A stretch of DNA of 24,000 bases, taken from the NCBI GenBank assembly GCA_964242105.1, contig CAXTBG010000021.1, positions 17,708-41,707 on the forward strand, in the 5' to 3' direction. Each line of letters begins with the position of its first letter. Position 1 is the first letter of the stretch. The stretch is from an uncultured Nakamurella sp. Lineage in GTDB: Bacteria; Actinomycetota; Actinomycetes; Mycobacteriales; Nakamurellaceae. The notes beneath the pieces are model-generated. The model searched no databases, was not told the DNA's origin, and was given only the letters and a program-made list of their open reading frames with translations. Of this stretch, positions 17,931-24,000 are shown piece by piece. Position numbers and translations under genes: made by a program.

Positions 17931-19079
17931 GTGGCACGGGATTACTACGGTCAGCTCGGCGTGGCCAGGAACGCGTCCGCCGACGAGATCAAGCGCGCCT
18001 ACCGGAAGCTGGCCCGGGAACTGCACCCCGATGTCAATCCTGACCCGGCCGCGCAGCAGCGGTTCAAAGAGGTCACCGCGGTGTACGAGGTGCTCTCCGA
18101 CCCGGCCAAGCGCCAGGTCGTCGATCTCGGTGGCGACCCGCTCTCCCCCGGAGGCGCGTCCGCGGGTGGTGGCATGGGTGACCCGTTCGGCGGCGGGGGA
18201 GTCGGCCTCGGCGACATCATGGACGCCTTCTTCGGGGGCGGTGGCCAGCGGTCGCGCGGCCCGCGGTCCCGCGTCCGGCAGGGCGACGACGCGCTGATCC
18301 CGGTGGAGCTGACCCTGGAGGAGTGCGCGACCGGCGTCGCCAAGGACATCGCCGTCGACACCGCCACGCTGTGCTCCGTCTGCCACGGCTCGGGCTGCGC
18401 CGACGGCACCACCCCGGTCACCTGCGACACCTGCAAGGGCGCCGGTGAGATCCAGCAGGTCCAGCGGTCGCTGCTCGGCCAGGTCGTCACCTCCCGGGCC
18501 TGCCCGGTGTGCCGCGGGTTCGGCGAGGTCATCCCGGAGCCGTGCCGGCAGTGCAACGGTGACGGCCGGGTCCGCACCCGCCGCACCGTCCGCGCGAACA
18601 TCCCCGCCGGCGTGGGCGATGGCATCCGGGTCCGGCTGTCCGGCCAGGGCGAGGTCGGGCCGGGCGGCGGCGCACCCGGTGACCTGTACGTCGAGGTGCA
18701 CGAACTGCAGCACGAGAAGTTCACCCGGGACGGCATCGACCTGCACTGCACCGTCCACCTGCCGATGACGGCGGCGGCGCTGGGCACCTCCATGGCCCTG
18801 CAGACGCTGCAGTCGCTGGAGGACCTGGACATCCAGCCCGGCACGCAGTCCGGCACCGTCATCACCCTGCGCAACCAGGGCATGCCGCGGCTGCGCGGCA
18901 CCGGTTCGGGCAACCTGCACGTCCACCTGGAGGTGGTCACCCCGACCAGGGTGGAAGGCCGGCAGGCCGACCTGATCCGGGAGCTGGCCATCCTGCGCGG
19001 CGAGGAGCAGCCTGAGCTGGCCACCCGCGGCCATGGCGGCCTGTTCTCCCGCATCCGCGACTCGTTCGTCGGCAGGTGA
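17931..19079 (+). CDS. dnaJ: Molecular chaperone DnaJ (hrcA-linked DnaJ2-type copy)
   Basis: GTG 17931 is preceded by AGGAGAA. The J-domain is [36 protein letters not shown], followed by a G/F-rich linker. Four CxxCxGxG zinc motifs are present ([32 protein letters not shown]). Confidence 0.95.
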   Translation: MARDYYGQLGVARNASADEIKRAYRKLARELHPDVNPDPAAQQRFKEVTAVYEVLSDPAKRQVVDLGGDPLSPGGASAGGGMGDPFGGGGVGLGDIMDAFFGGGGQRSRGPRSRVRQGDDALIPVELTLEECATGVAKDIAVDTATLCSVCHGSGCADGTTPVTCDTCKGAGEIQQVQRSLLGQVVTSRACPVCRGFGEVIPEPCRQCNGDGRVRTRRTVRANIPAGVGDGIRVRLSGQGEVGPGGGAPGDLYVEVHELQHEKFTRDGIDLHCTVHLPMTAAALGTSMALQTLQSLEDLDIQPGTQSGTVITLRNQGMPRLRGTGSGNLHVHLEVVTPTRVEGRQADLIRELAILRGEEQPELATRGHGGLFSRIRDSFVGR

Positions 19080-19861
19080 CCGGGGCCGTTCCCGCCGGCG
19101 CCCCGTACTTCCTGGTCGAGGCCGTTCCGCCCCGCGGCCCGTTCGTGCTCGACGGCCCCGAGGGTCGGCACGCGTCCGTTGTCCGGCGGATGCGCGTCGG
19201 AGAGCTGCTGGTGCTGACCGACGGCCGCGGGTCGGTCGCGACCGCCACGGCGACCTCGGTGCTGCGCGGCAGCATGGAGGTCGCGGTGGACGACGGTGTT
19301 CAGCTGCCGGCCCCCGCGGTACGGGTGACGCTGGTGCAGGCGCTGCCCAAGGGCGAGCGCAGCGAGTTGGCGGTCGACCTGGCCACCGAGGCCGGCGTGG
19401 ACGCCATCCTGCCGTGGGCGGCGTCCCGCTGCGTCGCCCGGTGGGACGGCGACGACAAGGCCGACAAGGGCAGGGCGCGGTGGCAGACCGTCGCGCGGGA
19501 AGCCGCCAAGCAGTCGCGGCGGGCCTTCGTCCCCGTGGTCCTGCCGCTGGCCGGCCGGGCAGGCGTGGTGGAGCTGATCGCCGGATCGGCGGCGGCCCTG
19601 GTGCTGCACGAGAGCGGAGACGCCGGCATCGCCCAGGCCCGGCTGCCTGCGTCCGGCGACCTCGCCCTGGTGGTCGGTCCGGAGGGCGGCATCTCGCCCG
19701 AAGAGCTCGAAGCCTTCTCGGCCGCCGGCGCCCAGGTGGTGCGGCTGGGGCCGGAGGTGCTCCGGACCTCCACGGCGGCCGCGGTCGCACTCGGCGCCCT
19801 CGGCGTGCTCACGCAGCGGTGGCCGACCTCGTCCACAGCAACCGGAGAGCAGGGCAGATGA
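19076..19861 (+). CDS. rsmE: 16S rRNA (uracil1498-N3)-methyltransferase RsmE
   Basis: 261 aa. The GTG start overlaps the dnaJ stop (GTGA). The PUA-like N-terminus is ...[26 protein letters not shown]. The SPOUT C-terminus is [17 protein letters not shown]...[14 protein letters not shown]. Its position after hrcA-dnaJ is the conserved actinobacterial arrangement. Confidence 0.9.
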   Translation: MTGAVPAGAPYFLVEAVPPRGPFVLDGPEGRHASVVRRMRVGELLVLTDGRGSVATATATSVLRGSMEVAVDDGVQLPAPAVRVTLVQALPKGERSELAVDLATEAGVDAILPWAASRCVARWDGDDKADKGRARWQTVAREAAKQSRRAFVPVVLPLAGRAGVVELIAGSAAALVLHESGDAGIAQARLPASGDLALVVGPEGGISPEELEAFSAAGAQVVRLGPEVLRTSTAAAVALGALGVLTQRWPTSSTATGEQGR

Positions 19862-20643
19862 CAGCGGTGCAGGAATACCGGTACGGCTCCCACCCGAGCC
19901 AGTTCGTCCGGATGCACCTTCCGGCCGGCAACCACCTGCCGGTGGTGGTGATCGTGCACGGTGGGTTCTGGCGCACGAAGTACGGCATCGAGCTGGCCGA
20001 GCCGCTCGCCGCCGACCTCACCAAGTTCGGCGTCGCTGCGGCCGCCATCGAGTACCGGCGCGTCGGCGACGGCGGCGGCTGGCCGACCACGATGGCCGAC
20101 GTGGCCCGGGCGGTCGACCACCTGGCCACCGCCGGGCAGTACGTCGCGGGTGGCCGCCTGCTTCTGGACCGGGTGGCGGCCGTCGGTCATTCGGCCGGCG
20201 GGCAACTGGCCGCCTGGCTCACGCACCGGAAGGCCCTGCGGTCGGGTACCGCGGGGTCGATCAGTTCCGCGTCGCAGTTCGTGCCGATCCTCGGTGCCGT
20301 CTCCCAGGCCGGCGTGCTCGACCTGGTCGGCGCGTCCGACGAGCGGTTGGGGAACGGCGCGGTCGACGACCTGATGCAGGGAGCCGCACGGTCGGTGCCG
20401 CAGCGCTACCACCACTCCTCCCCGCTGGCGCACGTCGGCGACGGCGCCCGGGTGGTCTGCGTGCACGGGGATGCCGATGACGTCGTCCCGCTGTCCCAGT
20501 CGCAGCGCTATGTCGACGCTGCGGTGCGGGCCGGCGACCCGGTGCGGCTCGCGGTGCTGCCGGGTGCCGGTCACATGGAACTCGTCGACGTCGACCACGA
20601 GGGCTGGAGCGTCAGCCGGGACGCGTTGCTGCAGATGGTGTGA
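19858..20643 (+). CDS. Alpha/beta-hydrolase (esterase/arylformamidase-like, HGG-type)
   Basis: ATG 19858 overlaps the rsmE stop (ATGA). [22 protein letters not shown]...VVVIVHGGFWRTKYG (oxyanion HGGxW), VAAVGHSAGGQLAAW (GxSxG nucleophile elbow), VHGDADDVVP and GAGHMEL (Asp/His). It is the in-frame tail of track ORF 19033-20643. Confidence 0.8.
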   Translation: MTAVQEYRYGSHPSQFVRMHLPAGNHLPVVVIVHGGFWRTKYGIELAEPLAADLTKFGVAAAAIEYRRVGDGGGWPTTMADVARAVDHLATAGQYVAGGRLLLDRVAAVGHSAGGQLAAWLTHRKALRSGTAGSISSASQFVPILGAVSQAGVLDLVGASDERLGNGAVDDLMQGAARSVPQRYHHSSPLAHVGDGARVVCVHGDADDVVPLSQSQRYVDAAVRAGDPVRLAVLPGAGHMELVDVDHEGWSVSRDALLQMV

Positions 20644-20683
20644 GCCGTCGACCCGTCATCCGCTGCCGGGTACGTTGACAGCC

Positions 20684-21028
20684 GTGACGGACTGCCTGTT
20701 CTGCGGCATCGTCGCCGGCGACATCCCGGCGGACGTGGTGCACACCGACGAGGACCTCGTCGCCTTCCGCGACATCCATCCGCAGGCTCCGCTGCACGTG
20801 CTGGTCGTGCCGCGGGTCCACCTGGCCACCGCGGCCGACGTGGCGGCCGCCGACCCCGCGCTGGTCGGGGCGATGGTGACGGCCGCCCACCGCATCGCCG
20901 GCTCGCTCGGCGGTGGCCGGCCCGGCTACCGGTTGATCTTCAACACCGGGGCGGACGCCGGCCAGACCGTGTTCCACGCCCACCTGCACCTGCTCGGCGG
21001 ACAGCCGCTGGGGCTCGCCATGGCATGA
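20684..21028 (+). CDS. HIT-family (HinT-like) nucleotide hydrolase
   Basis: VTDCLFCGIVAGDIPADVVHTDEDLVAFRDIHPQAPLHVLVVPRVH...FNTGADAGQTVFHAHLHLLGG carries the histidine-triad HxHxHxx motif. Start is GTG 20684; TTG 20675 is the alternative. The track ORF from 20471 is over-extended into the previous gene. Confidence 0.9.
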   Translation: MTDCLFCGIVAGDIPADVVHTDEDLVAFRDIHPQAPLHVLVVPRVHLATAADVAAADPALVGAMVTAAHRIAGSLGGGRPGYRLIFNTGADAGQTVFHAHLHLLGGQPLGLAMA

Positions 21029-21101
21029 GCCCGGCGCCGGCCGGCGGGACCGTCGCGGGTGCCGCCCGGCCGATCCGGTGGGAATGCCTGGACCGCGACG
21101 A

Positions 21102-21107
21102 TAGAAT
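21102..21107 (+). promoter_or_regulatory. Candidate -10 hexamer (TAGAAT) for the phoH-ybeY-CBS operon
   Basis: The only AT-rich patch (gatagaatgacaatcgat) in the otherwise very GC-rich 180-bp gap between the HIT gene and phoH, ~100 bp upstream of the phoH start. There is no convincing -35 (tgggaa at 17-bp spacing, 3/6). Confidence 0.3.
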
Positions 21108-21207
21108 GACAATCGATGGGTGGTAGCCGCATGCCCTGCGCGCGGCGACGGGGGCACGTCCGTGCCGACGCCACCTCCGATGACGACGAAGGCAGGCAGC
21201 GCAACTA

Positions 21208-22320
<1,113 letters not shown>

Positions 22321-22402
22321 CCGAGTACCGCGTCGGGAGCCGAGCTCGCCTTGCGACCTTCGCTCCCGCGACCGGCGTTTCCGCGATGGACGAGGTCCGG
22401 GC

Positions 22403-23056
22403 GTGAGCGTCGAGGTCGCCAACGAGTCCGGCGTCGGCGTCGACGAGATGGCGCTGGTCTCGGTCTCGCGGTTCGCGCTGGGCAAGATGGGCATCAACTC
22501 GCTGGCCGAGTTGTCCATCCTGCTGATGGACGTCGAGGCGATGACCGAGCTGCACGTCAAGTGGATGGGCGAAGAGGGCCCGACCGACGTGATGAGCTTC
22601 CCGATGGACGAGCTGGACACGGCGCGCCGGCCCGACGAGGCCGGCCCCGGTCCGGCGCTGCTCGGCGACGTGGTGCTGTGCCCCGCGATCGCCGGCGAAC
22701 AGGCCGGGCAGGCCGGGCACTCGCTCGACGACGAGCTGCACCTGCTGACGGTGCACGGCATCCTGCACCTGCTCGGCTACGACCACGCCGAACCGGCCGA
22801 CGAGCGGAAGATGTTCCAGCTGCAGAACCAGCTGCTGGACGACTGGCGGGACGAGCGCGAGCGGGAGGCCTACCGGGCCCGGCTGGCGGCCGTCGACTCC
22901 GCGGTCCTGGACGTGGTGGTCGGCGTCGACCCGGGTGACGGCACCGCCGGCAACGGCACCGCGGCCAACGGCCCCGCGGCCGGCGGCCCCGCCGGCAACG
23001 GCACGGTGGGCAGCGGTACCGCGCCGGGGCCCTCACTCTCGCCCGGGCGGGAGTGA
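22403..23056 (+). CDS. ybeY: Endoribonuclease YbeY (rRNA maturation) with a low-complexity C-terminal extension
   Basis: GTG 22403: [26 protein letters not shown]...[10 protein letters not shown]...LGDVVLCP...[16 protein letters not shown] carries the HxxxHxxGxxH zinc motif. Its ~217 aa is longer than I expect for a YbeY protein. The tail is Gly/Asn/Thr/Ala/Pro-rich. Confidence 0.9.
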   Translation: MSVEVANESGVGVDEMALVSVSRFALGKMGINSLAELSILLMDVEAMTELHVKWMGEEGPTDVMSFPMDELDTARRPDEAGPGPALLGDVVLCPAIAGEQAGQAGHSLDDELHLLTVHGILHLLGYDHAEPADERKMFQLQNQLLDDWRDEREREAYRARLAAVDSAVLDVVVGVDPGDGTAGNGTAANGPAAGGPAGNGTVGSGTAPGPSLSPGRE

Positions 23057-23066
23057 GGAGCGGCCG

Positions 23067-24000
23067 GTGGACTCCCTGGACATCGTCCTGCTGCTCCTGG
23101 CCATCGCCCTCATCCCGATCGCCGGCCTGTTCGCCGCCGCCGACTCCGCCATCACGATGGTGTCGGCGGCCCGGGTCGAGGACATGCAGCGGGAGGGCCG
23201 CCGGGGTGCGGCCTCGCTGCATGCCATCGTCGGCGACAAACCCCGCTACACGAACCTGCTGCTGCTCCTCCGGGTCGGCGCCGAGCTCACCGCAACGGTG
23301 CTGGTCACCGCGGTCGCGCTGAGCACCTGGGGCTTCAACATCTGGGTCGGGGTGATCGTCGTCCTGATCATGCTGCTGCTGTCGTACGTCGCGATCGGCG
23401 TGCTTCCCCGCACCATCGGCCGCCAGCATCCGTATGCCGTGGGGCTCCATGCCGCCGGGCCGACCAGGGCCATCGGCCGGGTGCTGTCGCCGGTTGCCTC
23501 CCTGCTGATCCTCATCGGCAACGCCATCACCCCCGGCCGGGGCTTCCGCGAAGGTCCTTTCTCCTCCGACATCGAACTGCGCGAGTTGGTCGACATGGCA
23601 GGCGACCGGGGTGTGGTGGAAGAGGCCGAGCGCGAGATGCTGCAGAGCGTCTTCGAGCTGGGCGACACCATCGTCCGGGAGGTGATGGTGCCGCGGACCG
23701 AGGTCATCTGGATCGAGGAGACCAAGTCGCTGCGGCAGGCCATGCACCTGGCCACCGCATCGGGACTGTCCCGCATCCCGGTGATCGGCGAGGACGTCGA
23801 CGACGTGCTGGGCGTCATCTACATCAAGGACCTGATCGCCCGGACGCTGTCGATGGCACCCGGCGACCGGGGGCCCGCGCTCGCCGAGGTGATGCGCACG
23901 CCGGTGTTCGTCCCGGAGTCCAAGAACGTCGACTCGCTGCTCCGCGAGATGCAGCGCAGCCGATCGCACTTCGCCATCGTCGTGGACGAGTACGGCGGGA
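23067..24000 (+). CDS. Hemolysin-family DUF21/CBS-pair membrane protein (TlyC/CorC-like); 3' end beyond the right window edge
   Basis: Absent from the ORF track because it is open at the edge. GTG 23067 lies 6 nt after GAGGAG. My translation gives VDSLDIVLLLLAIALIPIAGLFAAADSAITMVSAARVEDMQREG... (DUF21 TM region), then ...EREMLQSVFELGDTIVREVMVPRTEV...SRIPVIGEDVDDVLGVIYIKDL...HFAIVVDEYGG (CBS pair). There is no stop to 24000. Confidence 0.88.
   Translation, partial: MDSLDIVLLLLAIALIPIAGLFAAADSAITMVSAARVEDMQREGRRGAASLHAIVGDKPRYTNLLLLLRVGAELTATVLVTAVALSTWGFNIWVGVIVVLIMLLLSYVAIGVLPRTIGRQHPYAVGLHAAGPTRAIGRVLSPVASLLILIGNAITPGRGFREGPFSSDIELRELVDMAGDRGVVEEAEREMLQSVFELGDTIVREVMVPRTEVIWIEETKSLRQAMHLATASGLSRIPVIGEDVDDVLGVIYIKDLIARTLSMAPGDRGPALAEVMRTPVFVPESKNVDSLLREMQRSRSHFAIVVDEYGG

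Noticed and set aside
17925-19790. 621-aa minus-strand ORF antisense to dnaJ and rsmE
   Set aside because: The translation is a monotonous Arg/Pro/Ala/Gly product with no motifs. It lies exactly opposite two confidently identified genes. This is a typical high-GC antisense open frame.
19300-20598. 432-aa minus-strand ORF opposite rsmE/alpha-beta hydrolase, and the 536-aa plus ORF 19033-20643
   Set aside because: The minus ORF is an antisense artefact. Only the last 261 codons (from ATG 19858) of the plus ORF make a coherent hydrolase. The upstream part is Arg/Gly-rich out-of-frame read-through of rsmE.
21029-21075. GC-rich imperfect hairpin after the HIT gene stop (GGCCGGCGGG ... CCGCCCGGCC)
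   Set aside because: The stem needs a bulge, the loop is ~13 nt and there is no U-tract. In DNA this GC-rich, such pairings arise readily by chance, so it is too weak to call a terminator.
22557-23969. 470-aa minus-strand ORF antisense to ybeY and the CBS/DUF21 gene (also 23246-23818 and 21343-22761 antisense to phoH)
   Set aside because: These are antisense shadows of well-supported plus-strand genes, giving low-complexity Arg/Pro/Gly-rich translations.

Overview
This is a high-GC actinobacterial chromosome segment with two visibly different parts. (A) 1-8199 is a minus-strand polysaccharide/cell-envelope glycan assembly operon. Its G+C is noticeably lower than the rest: lines I hand-counted were about 55-67% here against about 63-82% downstream. 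It encodes a large WbaP/CpsE-type phosphoglycosyl transferase and four GT4 glycosyltransferases. One of these runs off the left edge and is missing from the ORF track. It also encodes a Wzz/PCP protein whose BY-kinase-like domain has degenerate Walker A and B motifs and no tyrosine cluster. The operon is preceded by a ~520-bp AT-richer non-coding leader with a perfect TGTGA-N6-TCACA (CRP/GlxR-type) palindrome and an excess of GTCAC/GTGAC half-sites. (B) 8200-24000 is conserved housekeeping DNA: mug, a YjbR-like protein, an amidohydrolase, lepA, an MhuD-type heme-degrading monooxygenase, a quinone-oxidoreductase-like MDR and two tiny coupled membrane ORFs. It continues with a crotonase, hemW and a small ParB/Srx-like protein. 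The final string is hrcA-dnaJ-rsmE, an alpha/beta hydrolase, a HIT protein and phoH-ybeY followed by a DUF21/CBS protein that is open at the right edge. I found no rRNA, tRNA, CRISPR, transposase, integrase or recognisable defence system. Most long ORFs in the track are antisense or off-frame high-GC artefacts. I cannot defend a complete novel system here. The most unusual items are the pseudo-kinase PCP, the CRP-type operator architecture of the glycan operon leader, and several small uncharacterised ORFs.
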